64,000 bases of DNA. Source: Dehalococcoidia bacterium (lineage in GTDB: Bacteria; Chloroflexota; Dehalococcoidia; Plut-88900). Position numbers and translations under genes: made by a program. Of the stretch, positions 17,803-28,433 are shown piece after piece. Each line of letters starts with the position of its first letter. Positions within the stretch are counted from its first letter, which is position 1. The notes beneath the pieces were generated by a model that was not told where the DNA came from, made no database searches, and worked only from the letters and a program-made list of their open reading frames with translations. Location of the stretch: positions 320,001 to 384,000 of the forward strand of contig CBDBLV010000002.1 of the NCBI GenBank assembly GCA_965207225.1, in the 5' to 3' direction.

Positions 17803-19572
17803 TTGCTGCCCAGAAGAAGCAAAGTAGAGCATACGCGTCCCACGTCCCTCACTGTGGACACCAATGTCCCCGTCCCCATGAGGGACGGCACGATTCTCAG
17901 GGCGGAAGTGTACCGGCCCAGCGGCCCCGGCAAGTGGCCCGTCCTCCTGAGTCGTATCCCCTACGGCAAGCACAACCCTCGCTACCGCACCCTGCACCTG
18001 GACCTGGTCAGGGCCGCCGCCCGAGGTTACGTGATGGTCGTCCAGGACGTGCGCGGTAGACACGCCTCCGAGGGTGAATGGTACCCCTTCCGCTACGACG
18101 GCCAAGATGGATTCGACACCGTGGAATGGTGTGCATCCCAATCTTGGAGCGACGGCAACGTCGGGATGTTCGGGATGTCCTACCATGGCGCTTCGCAATG
18201 GCTGGCGGCAGTGGAGGCCCCACCCTCCCTTAAAGGCATAGTCCCGGGCCTCACTTCCGCTGATCTGTACGATAGTTGGACATACCTTGGCGGGGCCTTT
18301 GGCTTATGGTGGACGGGCCATTGGTCGGCAGGTTTCGTGCTGGACAACATCGCCGACACCCCGGACCATCTCAAGGGCGCCGTCGCCGAGACCCGCAAGT
18401 GGGCCCGAGAACCCCTCGCCCTCGCCAGTCACCTCCCGATCAGCGACATGCCCGGCCTCAGAGAAGTCGCCGACTACTATTACGATTGGATGGACCACCC
18501 CACCTACGACGACTACTGGAAGAATATCGGTGCGTGGGACAGGCTATCCAATGTCGAAGTGCCGGTTCTGAGTGTCGGGGGATACTACGACAGCTTCATC
18601 CGCGGCACAGTTCGCTCTTACCGCTGGTTGAGAGAAAATGCTGCCAACACCGCCACCCGAGACCAGCAGCACATAGTCCTTGGCCCTTGGATTCACAGCC
18701 ACCTGCTGCCTCCCAACTCAGGACAGCGCTATTTCGGGGGTGGGGCGTCGGGGCCGGGGATCGACTACCAGGGCATGGTCCTGGCCTGGTACGACCACTG
18801 GCTCAAGGGCGAGGACAATGGCATTGAGTCCGACCCATGCGCCTACTATTTCACCATGGGCGACAACCAATGGCAGGAAGCCGAGTCCTGGCCTCCCCCT
18901 GCTGTGGAAACACCCTTCTTCCTCCGTAGCGCAGGCAGAGCCAACAGCCGACACGGAGACGGTGTCCTAAGCCTGGACCCGCCTGGGGAGTCGGAGCCTC
19001 CCGACTCCTACCTCCACAACCCCCTGAATCCCGTGCCCACCGTCGGGGGGCCGTACGTCCGGGGCATACCCGGATTCGTCGATGCCGGCTCCATAGAACA
19101 GACTCCCGCCGAGACCCGTGAAGATGTCCTCGTCTATACCTCTGCGCCGGCAGACAAACGGTTGGAGGTCACGGGGCACCTGAACTTGGTGCTTTGGGCG
19201 GCATCCTCGGCCCGGGACACCGACTGGTCAGTCACCGTCAGCGTTGTTGAACCCAATGGCGCGTCCTACAACTTCTGCGAAGGAATCCTCCGCGCTTCCT
19301 GCCGCGAGTCACTGGAGTCACCCTCGCTAATCGAACCCGACCAGCCCTACCAGTACACCATAGACCTCGGCCCGACCTCCATAGCCTTCCAACCAGGTCA
19401 GTCCATCAGGCTTCGCATCGCCAGTTCCAACTTCCCCGCCTTCGCCAGAAATCTCGGGACGGGGGGGCCTGTCAACCGGGAGTCGAGGGAAGACGCTGTC
19501 GTAGCCCTGCAAACCATACTTCACGACGCCGCCCACCCATCCAGGCTCGTTCTACCCGTCGTGGAATCCTAG
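17803..19572 (+). CDS. CocE/NonD family serine hydrolase
   Basis: VPMRDG, QDVRGR, GMSYHG nucleophile motif, GPWIH. Confidence 0.92.
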   Translation: MLPRRSKVEHTRPTSLTVDTNVPVPMRDGTILRAEVYRPSGPGKWPVLLSRIPYGKHNPRYRTLHLDLVRAAARGYVMVVQDVRGRHASEGEWYPFRYDGQDGFDTVEWCASQSWSDGNVGMFGMSYHGASQWLAAVEAPPSLKGIVPGLTSADLYDSWTYLGGAFGLWWTGHWSAGFVLDNIADTPDHLKGAVAETRKWAREPLALASHLPISDMPGLREVADYYYDWMDHPTYDDYWKNIGAWDRLSNVEVPVLSVGGYYDSFIRGTVRSYRWLRENAANTATRDQQHIVLGPWIHSHLLPPNSGQRYFGGGASGPGIDYQGMVLAWYDHWLKGEDNGIESDPCAYYFTMGDNQWQEAESWPPPAVETPFFLRSAGRANSRHGDGVLSLDPPGESEPPDSYLHNPLNPVPTVGGPYVRGIPGFVDAGSIEQTPAETREDVLVYTSAPADKRLEVTGHLNLVLWAASSARDTDWSVTVSVVEPNGASYNFCEGILRASCRESLESPSLIEPDQPYQYTIDLGPTSIAFQPGQSIRLRIASSNFPAFARNLGTGGPVNRESREDAVVALQTILHDAAHPSRLVLPVVES

Positions 19573-19590
19573 ACTGGGAGGACTTCTCCA

Positions 19591-20625
19591 ATGAAAGCCG
19601 ACTTCAGCGTAGGAATGGGCCGAAATCTCGCCATGTCGGAGGTGGCATCCCATTCCAAACTTGCCGAGGACTGTGGTTTCTCTCATCTGACCATGATCGA
19701 CTCCCAGAACCTCTCCCGGGACGTCTACTCCATGATGACACTTGCCGCCCTCAACACCAGGCGGATTATGATCGGCCATGGAGTGACCAACCCCTTCACC
19801 CGACACCCCTCCGTCACTGCCACTGCTTCGGCCACCATCAACGAGGTGTCGGGTGGCAGGGCGTTCGTAGGCATAGGCGCCGGGTTCAGTTCCGTGATCA
19901 CCATGGGCATGAAGGCCCGCACCATGCAGGAGTTCCGGGACACCGTTCAGTTCATCAAGGACTACACCGCCGGCAAAGAGGTCGACTACCGCGGCTCGAA
20001 GATGCACTCCGAATGGATACGCACTCCTGTCCCCGTCTACATGGCCTCCATAGGTCTGCGATCGCTCAGGATGGCCGGTGAGTTGGCCGATGGCGTGATG
20101 CTGGGCGGCGTGCACCCCGTGATGATGAAGTGGAACCTGGAGCAGATCGCCCGAGGCGCGGAGTCCGTGGGTCGGGACCCTACCGAAATCGACGTCTGGG
20201 CTCGCACCGAGATTCTCGTCGCCGACTCCAAGGAGCAAGCCCGACGCGAGGTCGCCTCCTATGCCATGAGCTGGGCATGCAGCTTCTACGGCTCCCTCTT
20301 CCGGCGCAAAGCCCCCGAGATCGAAGATCTGCGCCAACGTATCGAGGCCGACGAGCCCGGACTGATTGACGAGTTCAGGATAGCCTATGAGGCCTTTGAC
20401 CCCTACCAGCACGAGAAGACCGATGCCGATCACGCAAAGCTCGCCTCCCAGCGCCTCATCGACTTCTTCCTGATGTCCGGCACCCCCGACGACATTGGTG
20501 AGCAGATCTCAGGAGTCCTGCCCTTGGGCGTCGACAACATCTCCACCGTCCTCTTCACCATCATCGACAAGAAGGACATGATGCGCCGCATCAGCCGCGA
20601 AATCATGCCCATGTTCCGGAGCTAG
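19591..20625 (+). CDS. LLM class (probably F420-dependent) oxidoreductase
   Basis: GVTNPFTRHP, SGGRAFVGIGAG, AGELADG. Confidence 0.88.
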   Translation: MKADFSVGMGRNLAMSEVASHSKLAEDCGFSHLTMIDSQNLSRDVYSMMTLAALNTRRIMIGHGVTNPFTRHPSVTATASATINEVSGGRAFVGIGAGFSSVITMGMKARTMQEFRDTVQFIKDYTAGKEVDYRGSKMHSEWIRTPVPVYMASIGLRSLRMAGELADGVMLGGVHPVMMKWNLEQIARGAESVGRDPTEIDVWARTEILVADSKEQARREVASYAMSWACSFYGSLFRRKAPEIEDLRQRIEADEPGLIDEFRIAYEAFDPYQHEKTDADHAKLASQRLIDFFLMSGTPDDIGEQISGVLPLGVDNISTVLFTIIDKKDMMRRISREIMPMFRS

Positions 20626-20683
20626 CCGGAAAATGTCCCCCCAAAGGGTGGGACATTCCGTTCGCTCTGGGTCCCCTCCTACT

Positions 20684-20868
20684 CCATCCCGAGGCCCCGC
20701 GAGGGATCTCAACCGCCCGCCCACCAACCGACACCAAGCCTAGCGGCGAACCTCTTGAACACGGAGGAGCGGAGGGTTCCTGTCTCCTCTTCTTCGCTGG
20801 GCGGGACTGGACCCTTCCGCCCACCCCCGCCCAGCGTGTTGGCTTCCGGATCGGGGACCGGAATGACG
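20684..20868. repeat. Two GTCAT/CGTC-type palindromic repeats
   Basis: CATCCCGAGGCCCCGCGAGGGATCTC (inverse of 5547-5577) and TGGCTTCCGGATCGGGGACCGGAATGACG. Confidence 0.7.
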
Positions 20869-21215
20869 GGAAAGGGGCAGGAGAGCCGTGGCGTACCCGG
20901 GTGGTACAGCCATCAAATCTATTTATCTATGTATCACGCATACACGTTATGTGTATAAAGATGTCTAGTATTACATGCTTGATATGTGTTATAAAAGGTG
21001 TAGAGCCAGACTTTATGTGAAGTTTCAGTTGTGTAGCTAAAAATCCTTAATTGCTCCACTCCCCTACTACTCATATATCAGTATGTGTCAGTGCCCCACG
21101 GGCCCGGTGAGTTTCATCAACGCAACGTGTGAGCAAGAGACGTGAATGTCGCAAGTTGCTGATGCTTTGTTGGGGTCTGCCGCAGCGGGAGCGAACGGCT
21201 TAACGGCACCTCTGA

Positions 21216-24200
21216 TTGTGGGAGGTGCAGGTCATAGTTAAATGGGTTGTCGCTGCGGCGTGGCTGGCGACAATTTTGGCTATATGCATTGCTGTGCTGG
21301 CAGGAACGATGTTCGGAGAAGTCCTGTCAGCAACCGTCGTAACCAGATCCAATGATCCGATACTCACCTCCTTAACGGTCAGTGCGGGCACACTCTCGCC
21401 CGAATTCAGCAGCACCCAGGTGGACTATACGGTATCGGACGTGCCGTACGGGGCCCGGGTATTGACCATCACCGCCGTTCCTGAGTCCAACGCAATTGTC
21501 ACATACTGGCACTATCCCGACGGTTCAATAGCCGAGTTGGTCGACGAGGACACGATGACCGAGGGGTTCCAGGTGTCCTTGGATGTCGGCCAAAAGATAG
21601 TGGAAGTCAGCGTCACCAAGGGATCTCGCTACAGGGACTATAGATTGGAAATCACGCGGCTGAAACCGACGGTGAGCATTCGAGCCGTAAGTGAGACGCC
21701 AGTATACGAGGGTGAAACCTTAGAGTTCGAGATAAGGAGATCCGCTGCTGCGAAAGACCCATTGGCCGTTCGGGTGTTGGCGAGAGAGGTGGAGGTGGAG
21801 GTCGGGGCCGGGCACGCCGATGTCCTGGCCGACGAAGTAGATGGCAGGTCGCCTGAGTATTACATCGAGGGCGGAAATTCAACTGCGACCATTGAGATGG
21901 AGACTAGCGGAGACTCGGCCTGGGAAGGTCACTCCAAGATCGAGATGAGCATAGTAGCTGATGAGCTCTACACCATAAAGGCATCTGCGGGCAGCGCCGC
22001 CATAGTGGTGCAGGACGATGAATTCCCGGCATCCACCAGCATCCTGACAGTCAGTCCTAATCCAGTAGGAGAGGGCGCGGGAAGCGCCACCGCTTCGGTA
22101 ACCGTTACGACTACGGAAGACAGGAAGCCTCATGGGGAGGCATCTGTCGCAGTGGCGACATCGGATGGTACGGCAGAGGCCGGCAGTGATTACACGGGCG
22201 TGGACACCTCTGTCACATTCACAGAGGCAGATTTCTCGTCGGTGACGGTCGATGAGAACACCATGTACCGTGCGACAAAAACCGTTGACGTCACCATAAC
22301 GCAGGACACGGATGATGAGACTGACGAGACGTTCAATATCATCGCCAGCACAGAAATGGGGTCTCCGATAAGCGTTGAGGCAGATGATTCGACGGTATCC
22401 GTCACCATCACGGACGACGATGAACCGCCGACTCGGGCGCCGACTCTTACCAGCCTTAGTGTAAGCGCAGGGACTCTCACACCTGCTTTTTCACCCGACA
22501 TCCGGTCCTACGCCGTACCTGACGGCAGATATGAAAATGACCGGTTAACTATTGCTGCCGTTGGGGAGTCGGGGAGCTCTATTGAATTTCTCGATTCTTC
22601 GGATGGCGTCCTTGGAGACCTGGATGACATGGCCATTGGCCACCAGGTGTATCTAACCGTCGGGGTCACGGTGGTGAAAATAAGGGTCTCCAAGGGTGAC
22701 GATGCTCAAGACTATTCCCTGTCCATCACAAGGGCGAAGCCCATTGTGAGCGTCCGGGCCCTGACCGTCGAGCCAGCGATAGAAGGCGACGAGATAGAGT
22801 TTGAGGTGACGCGTTCATCGGCGGCCGGGGATGTCGTGGCAGTAAAGTTCACACTGGATGAGGTTGGCGCCAGCATGGGTGTCGACCCGGGGAACATTCT
22901 GCCCGACTCTCAGGAAGGCACTACACACTCTGTCACCATCTCGGCTAACGAAACTACGGCCACGGTCGAGGTCACGACTGTTGCGGACCACGTCTGGGAG
23001 GACCATTCGAGGGTCGAAATCAAGTTGGTTGAGGACGATTCTTACACTGTTCACCCGACCAACGGCACAACTTCGATACTGGTACAGGATGATGAGTTCG
23101 TGGCCTCGGTGGCGGCGCTCAGCGCGGCTCCCAATCCGGTGGGGGAGGGGGATGGGAAGGCCGTGGCCACAGTTACGGTTACTACCATGGGGGACAAGTT
23201 GCCTCACGGTCTGGTCACGATTCCCGTGACCACTTCTGATGGAACAGCCACGGCAGGTTCGGACTTCACCGCATTAGAAACGAACCTTACATTTGCGGAG
23301 GGAGATTTCTCGGGGGTGGAGGTGGATGAGGAAGCAAGGTTTCGGGCTTCGAAGTCGGTAGACGTTCTTATCATGGAGGACACGCTGGACGAGGAGGACG
23401 AGACGTTCGCCGTGGTCCTCGGGACACCCTCCGATACCCTGATCACTTCGGAGGAGGATTCCAAGTCGGTAACGGTAACGATTACCGATGACGATCTTCC
23501 GGCACTGGCAGCCTTGTCCGTGGGCCAGGGTACCCTTACGCCTTCATTCTCCCCCGGCCAAAATGCGTACACCGTTCCGGATGTCGGGTATGGGACTCAC
23601 CTGGCAACGATAAACGTGATGGTGGAGTCGGGGGCTGAGGTATCGTTCCTGGATTCTTCAGACAATAACTATGGCGATCTTGATGACATGGCGGAGGGCC
23701 ACCAGGTATATCTGAACATCGGCAGTACGACTATCAAGATCAGGGCGGAGAAGGGCGACGATATGCAGGACTACACGCTGGTCTTCACAAGGGCCAAGCC
23801 AACGGTGAGCATTCGCGCAGTTACTGTCGGTACCGCCACAGAGGATGACACCTTGAAATTCGAGGTGAGCAGGTCTGAAGCGGCAGGTGACGTCCTGGAG
23901 TTGAGGGTAGGGATGGATGAGGTCGATGTTGTCGAGGGCGAGGGACACGGGGATATGCTGCCGGACTCGGTTGAGGGAACTTCTCCATTGCGCACCATTG
24001 AAGTCGACCAAACTTCTCTGGTCTTCATGGTGGAAACGGTTGGGGATGTCGTATGGGAAAAGCATTCCAGCATTGAGATGTCCATCAAGCCCGAATCGTG
24101 GTACGACATTGACAGCGATAAGGGTACAGCTTCGATAGTTGTGCGGGACGACGATTTTCCTGAATCCACTGCGGGCTTGGCCGTATCCCCGAATCCGGTC

Positions 24201-26084
24201 GGGGAGGGGACGGGAAACATCACAGCAACGGTGAGTGTGACTACAGATGACGCCAGGATGCCACATGGCCAAGTGTCGATACCCATTTCTACATCAGACG
24301 GCACAGCAACGGCCGGCGAGGACTATACCTTGGTGGCAAGTAGCCTCATATTTAAAGAGGCGGATTTTGAGGAGGTGGAGGAAGACGGCGACACCTTGTA
24401 CCGGGCTTCCAGGTCTTTAGGGATAACAATACTAACTGACGATATGGATGAGGATGAGGAGACGTTCAATGTGGAGTTGGGCACGGCGAACAGGAGCACA
24501 GTAGACATTGAGCCAGAGACAAAAAGCGTTACCGTAACGATCAAAGATCAGAACAGCAAACCGGTGGTGACTGTTTCCACGACACCCTCGACGCCTGTGG
24601 TGTCTGGCCGAAGCACTATCAACCTGGATTGCACATCCACCGACTCCGACAACGACACTTTGACCTACGCATGGACAACTGATCCTGCCAACGTTGGAAT
24701 TTTCGGCGATGCTACTGTTGAGGATACGACGTGGACGGCGCCCGCGCCCCTTTCTGCAGAGCAGTCGGTAACTCTGATGTTGACAGTCACTGATGACGGA
24801 ACGCCTACGGGAGTGACGACGGCCGAGGTGACGGTCACAGTGGAGGCCAACCAACCCCCGGGAGTGGAAATCACGTCAGTGGGGGGAGTTGTGAATGGAG
24901 GGGAGGCCGTGATGCTGGGGGCGAGGGCGTCGGACCCGGAGGCGGGGGGACTGCAATACAAGTGGTCGGGGGGAGGGAGGTTTGAGGACACATCGGCAAA
25001 GGACACTACGTGGACTGCTCCATCTGCGACCAACGCGGTGCAAACGTTCACCCTAACGCTTACCGCCACGGATGAACTTGATCTTAAGGCTACGGACAGT
25101 GTGGAAGTAACCGTACCGGCGGTTAACGAGAAGCCGACTTTCCCGGATACGGAGGATGGTGAGCGAAGTGTGGATGAGGGTACGGACATCGGGGCGAGGG
25201 TGGGGGATCCTATGGCGGCGATAGATGGAGAGAACGATACCCTAGTCTACTCATTGCAAGGTATGGATGCGGCGTCATTTGATATTGATCAGACAGGTCA
25301 GATAACAGTGGCTGATGGAACGAAGCTGGACTACGAAGTGAAGAGCAGCTATGCAGTGGAGGTCGCGGTATCGGACGGTCGGGACGAAGAGGGAGAGATC
25401 GATGATGCCATTGACATCACCCTTCCGGTCACGATAAGGGTCAGGGACGTGGAGGAGGTTGGGGCAGTGGGCTTCTCTGCGCAGGGATTGAGGGTCGGGG
25501 AGGAGGTGCGGGTGGGGGTTCGGGACCCGGACAACTACGAGACGTCGAATACCGCAGGCTTAGTAGACGATGCAGATGTCGCTTCGTGGGTCTGGGAACG
25601 TTCAGAGAGCGTTGACGGGCCGTGGGCGGCAATCAGTGATGCCCAAGCAGCATCTTATGTACCGACAGTAGAGGACAAGGACAATTATCTGAGGGTTACG
25701 GCAAGCTACACCGACCGTCGGGGCCCGGACAAGAGCGCCACTGGGGTGTCGGGGCGGGTGGGGGCGGGGGAGAATAGCCTGCCAGTGGTCTACGTATCGC
25801 CGGACTTGGCAATCATAAATGGGTGCGGCATCTTGACTCTCTCGGGCAGGGCAAGCGATCCCGATGGCGACACTCTTTCTTTTTCCTGGACGGCGCTGCC
25901 AGATGTCGGGCACTTTGTGGACGGGAGCAAGGAAAGCACAGTGTGGTCGGCGCCAGACCCCGGACAATCGACCTTGACAGTAGTGTTGACCCTGACCGTT
26001 TCGGACGGGCAAGGAGGAACGGCCACGGATAGCGTGATTGTGACCGTTAGCGGTGGCATGGCAAAAGCTGGAGCAGGTGGGTAA
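21216..26084 (+). CDS. Large acidic secreted/surface protein with cadherin-like beta-sandwich, Calx-beta, PKD/Ig-like and cadherin domains
   Basis: Hydrophobic N-terminus; three repeats of LTSLxVSxGTLxPxFS followed by TSDGTAxAGxDY/F; LDYE cadherin motif; ASDPDGD PKD-like motif. Confidence 0.85.
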   Translation: MWEVQVIVKWVVAAAWLATILAICIAVLAGTMFGEVLSATVVTRSNDPILTSLTVSAGTLSPEFSSTQVDYTVSDVPYGARVLTITAVPESNAIVTYWHYPDGSIAELVDEDTMTEGFQVSLDVGQKIVEVSVTKGSRYRDYRLEITRLKPTVSIRAVSETPVYEGETLEFEIRRSAAAKDPLAVRVLAREVEVEVGAGHADVLADEVDGRSPEYYIEGGNSTATIEMETSGDSAWEGHSKIEMSIVADELYTIKASAGSAAIVVQDDEFPASTSILTVSPNPVGEGAGSATASVTVTTTEDRKPHGEASVAVATSDGTAEAGSDYTGVDTSVTFTEADFSSVTVDENTMYRATKTVDVTITQDTDDETDETFNIIASTEMGSPISVEADDSTVSVTITDDDEPPTRAPTLTSLSVSAGTLTPAFSPDIRSYAVPDGRYENDRLTIAAVGESGSSIEFLDSSDGVLGDLDDMAIGHQVYLTVGVTVVKIRVSKGDDAQDYSLSITRAKPIVSVRALTVEPAIEGDEIEFEVTRSSAAGDVVAVKFTLDEVGASMGVDPGNILPDSQEGTTHSVTISANETTATVEVTTVADHVWEDHSRVEIKLVEDDSYTVHPTNGTTSILVQDDEFVASVAALSAAPNPVGEGDGKAVATVTVTTMGDKLPHGLVTIPVTTSDGTATAGSDFTALETNLTFAEGDFSGVEVDEEARFRASKSVDVLIMEDTLDEEDETFAVVLGTPSDTLITSEEDSKSVTVTITDDDLPALAALSVGQGTLTPSFSPGQNAYTVPDVGYGTHLATINVMVESGAEVSFLDSSDNNYGDLDDMAEGHQVYLNIGSTTIKIRAEKGDDMQDYTLVFTRAKPTVSIRAVTVGTATEDDTLKFEVSRSEAAGDVLELRVGMDEVDVVEGEGHGDMLPDSVEGTSPLRTIEVDQTSLVFMVETVGDVVWEKHSSIEMSIKPESWYDIDSDKGTASIVVRDDDFPESTAGLAVSPNPVGEGTGNITATVSVTTDDARMPHGQVSIPISTSDGTATAGEDYTLVASSLIFKEADFEEVEEDGDTLYRASRSLGITILTDDMDEDEETFNVELGTANRSTVDIEPETKSVTVTIKDQNSKPVVTVSTTPSTPVVSGRSTINLDCTSTDSDNDTLTYAWTTDPANVGIFGDATVEDTTWTAPAPLSAEQSVTLMLTVTDDGTPTGVTTAEVTVTVEANQPPGVEITSVGGVVNGGEAVMLGARASDPEAGGLQYKWSGGGRFEDTSAKDTTWTAPSATNAVQTFTLTLTATDELDLKATDSVEVTVPAVNEKPTFPDTEDGERSVDEGTDIGARVGDPMAAIDGENDTLVYSLQGMDAASFDIDQTGQITVADGTKLDYEVKSSYAVEVAVSDGRDEEGEIDDAIDITLPVTIRVRDVEEVGAVGFSAQGLRVGEEVRVGVRDPDNYETSNTAGLVDDADVASWVWERSESVDGPWAAISDAQAASYVPTVEDKDNYLRVTASYTDRRGPDKSATGVSGRVGAGENSLPVVYVSPDLAIINGCGILTLSGRASDPDGDTLSFSWTALPDVGHFVDGSKESTVWSAPDPGQSTLTVVLTLTVSDGQGGTATDSVIVTVSGGMAKAGAGG

Positions 26085-26093
26085 CAGCTATGG

Positions 26094-27326
26094 TCACTTA
26101 GCCTCAAAGGTGCGGGCCGGCTCCGAATTCACACTGATCGAATAGGATTGACCGGCACCCAAGTCCGAGCCGAGGGGAACAACTGTCTCGACGGAGCGGT
26201 ACTCCGTTGTGCAGACGATGGAGGGGTCAGAGATTTCGCGGTGGGTGATTATTACGTGGAAATCGCCTTCATTGTTCCGGCGTAGCTCGTAGCCGTTGAA
26301 CCGGGAGCAGCCGCTTCCGGTGGGCAGGCCCGACACGATGCGCAATTGGCGCTGGACAGGGTCGGTTTCCAATATCTCCAGATCCCAGCTTTCAATCAGC
26401 GATTCAACAATGTGAGTGTAGCCGAGGTCGGGGGAAGGGATGGAGAATGCCGTGACTACACGGTCGTTAACTATCACGCGGTAGGACTGTCCGGGCTGGA
26501 TTTCATCGCCAAGGTGGAGGACGGTGTCCAGCTCTACAACCTGCTCGTGGCAGGGGATTGCCCATGCGGTGGGCGGAGGCTGCATCAAGGTGACGCTAAC
26601 GAGGATGTCGTTGCCGTCCATTTCAAAGGACTGGTTGCCGGGACGGGCGCAGCCTTCGATGGTGGACTGGTAGTAGTTGACCCTTAGGTAGTTCTCGGGC
26701 TCGTTGGGGATGAGATTGGCAGATACGACACTCACAGGGACTTCCACCCACTGTCGCCAGTCGGGGTTGGATTCGTCGATCAGGTCGGGAGGGGGCTGCA
26801 CGAGGACCAACACCATGTCGACTCGGGTGGGGTTGCCTCCCGTTATCACGTCATGCGCTATGTCATTGATGAAAGCGAGCCGATCATCTGACTCTATTAT
26901 CTTGGCGGTGATGCCGTAGGTGTTTCGGGGGTTGATGTCTTCACGGTTGTATTTGACTTCATAGTCAATGGGGACCTGGCCGGGTGAGGAGGTGGTCTGT
27001 CGGGCGATCAGGACTGACGACGCATCCTGCAAGGAGACGTCCCGCAGCTCGACTACCAGGACTGCGTCCGAGGTAAGCTCCAAGTTTTCTCTGTAGGTAA
27101 CGGTCCCCTTGACGGAAGCGTTTGGCCTGCGCCCGGACACTATTTCGTTGCCGGATGCGGGGGTGGGAGTGGGGCCGTCAACTGATGGTATTGTGGCCGG
27201 AGCACCGGTGGGCGGAGGCGGTGCAAAGGTGGGTGTCGGGACGGACTGCTGGCAAGCAACAATCGGCAATAAGAGCAACCAGGCTGCCACACTGAGAAAC
27301 AGCAAACTGCTCAATTTCTTCTTCAT
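26094..27326 (-). CDS. YbaY-family lipoprotein with extra C-terminal repeated domain
   Basis: Lipobox IVAC, Pro/Thr linker, VKGTVTYRE..LVVELRDVSLQDA..GQVPI. Confidence 0.8.
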   Translation of the reverse strand: MKKKLSSLLFLSVAAWLLLLPIVACQQSVPTPTFAPPPPTGAPATIPSVDGPTPTPASGNEIVSGRRPNASVKGTVTYRENLELTSDAVLVVELRDVSLQDASSVLIARQTTSSPGQVPIDYEVKYNREDINPRNTYGITAKIIESDDRLAFINDIAHDVITGGNPTRVDMVLVLVQPPPDLIDESNPDWRQWVEVPVSVVSANLIPNEPENYLRVNYYQSTIEGCARPGNQSFEMDGNDILVSVTLMQPPPTAWAIPCHEQVVELDTVLHLGDEIQPGQSYRVIVNDRVVTAFSIPSPDLGYTHIVESLIESWDLEILETDPVQRQLRIVSGLPTGSGCSRFNGYELRRNNEGDFHVIITHREISDPSIVCTTEYRSVETVVPLGSDLGAGQSYSISVNSEPARTFEAK

Positions 27327-27458
27327 GTTACAACCTTCCAAACGGTGCTATTATCTCGGGCCTGCATCCGTAAGACGCAGAACAAGCCGGATTTGTTCCC
27401 GACATACATTCCACACTTACCGGCCTGTTTGGTGGCGGGCACTGATTGCGCCCAGCCA

Positions 27459-27977
27459 TCAGTGAGGTCGGGGTTCGGAGAGGGGAGGGGGGCCGTAGGG
27501 ACGAGGGACAGGGGGGCCGGTGAAGGTGACGACTACGCAGGGCATGTTATCGAGGACCTTGCGAGCGAACCAGAAGGGTCCCCACCAGGGAAGCCGCAAC
27601 TTGCGGTTGAGCTTGATAGCGCCGAGGGCAAAGGCGAATCGGCGGCGGGGGAAGCCGGGTCTTTCGGCCCAGCGGTCTATGAAATTGAAGATGTAAGGGA
27701 GCCGTTCGTTGGTCTTCCAGAGAACCTGAGCTTGGCCGGGGATGTCGAACCAGGGCTCGAATTCGACGGTGTGCAGGGTGACATTCGGGTTGGCAGCCAT
27801 GTTGGCCACCCAGTCCCGACGCCCGGGATAGCCCGACAGCACGACTTCTTTGTCGCCGTTCCAGTAGTAGGTGGTCTCGACGGTCCGAAGGCCGCCGGAC
27901 TTGCGCCGGGTCATGGTGAACCGGATTACGAAGCTGTTCTTCAGGATGTGGGTAAGAGGTGGGGGAAGGAGGGGCAT
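27459..27977 (-). CDS. Deazaflavin (F420H2)-dependent nitroreductase-like protein
   Basis: TRRKSGGLR and RDWVANMAANPNVTL resemble the DDN family. Confidence 0.65.
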   Translation of the reverse strand: MPLLPPPLTHILKNSFVIRFTMTRRKSGGLRTVETTYYWNGDKEVVLSGYPGRRDWVANMAANPNVTLHTVEFEPWFDIPGQAQVLWKTNERLPYIFNFIDRWAERPGFPRRRFAFALGAIKLNRKLRLPWWGPFWFARKVLDNMPCVVVTFTGPPVPRPYGPPPLSEPRPH

Positions 27978-27980
27978 GGG

Positions 27981-28208
27981 TTACCGGGGAGTGGGGAGGT
28001 CACGGCCTGTCGTTGCAGGGGGCAATGGCCTGCCATCGGCCCTGTATAGTTCAATGGCTTCTTCGACTATCTGACTGAGCTCTGCCATGACTTGCTGTTT
28101 GTCGTTTCCGTGACAACCGCCGTAAATCAATCCGGGAACACTTCCAACGTAACAGTTGTCGACGTCAGACCATTCAACCACTTTCTCGTATCTGTCGTTG
28201 TGATTCAC
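27981..28208 (-). CDS. HicB-family antitoxin (short form)
   Basis: YEKVVEWSDVDNCYVGSVPGL..GCHG..AIELYRADGRPLP. Confidence 0.8.
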   Translation of the reverse strand: MNHNDRYEKVVEWSDVDNCYVGSVPGLIYGGCHGNDKQQVMAELSQIVEEAIELYRADGRPLPPATTGRDLPTPR

Positions 28209-28308
28209 TTACGAATCTCCTAGATGTCGGTGGTTACAAGACGACGGCCGAGTAGTTAATTCATGTGCAATGATCGGGACTGCCGAAAGCAGGGAGGAGG
28301 TGAGAGGT

Positions 28309-28382
28309 TGGCTGGGGAACCAGGATTCGAACCTGGGCTTACGGATCCAGAGTCCGCTGTCCTACCACTAGACGATTCCCCA
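28309..28382 (-). tRNA. tRNA-Gln(CTG)
   Basis: Minus strand TGGGGAATCGTCTAGTGGTAGGACAGCGGACT-CTG-GATCCG...GGTTCGAATCC...CCAGCCA with encoded CCA. Confidence 0.96.
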
Positions 28383-28433
28383 GTGTGCCTTCATATTAAC
28401 AAACTCTTGCGGGCAAGTCTAAGGGGATGAGAG

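Noticed and set aside
21090-21215. SAM or cyclic-dinucleotide riboswitch upstream of the surface protein
   Set aside because: Only fragments (GGCCCGGTGA, GCAAC) match; core motifs and helices are missing
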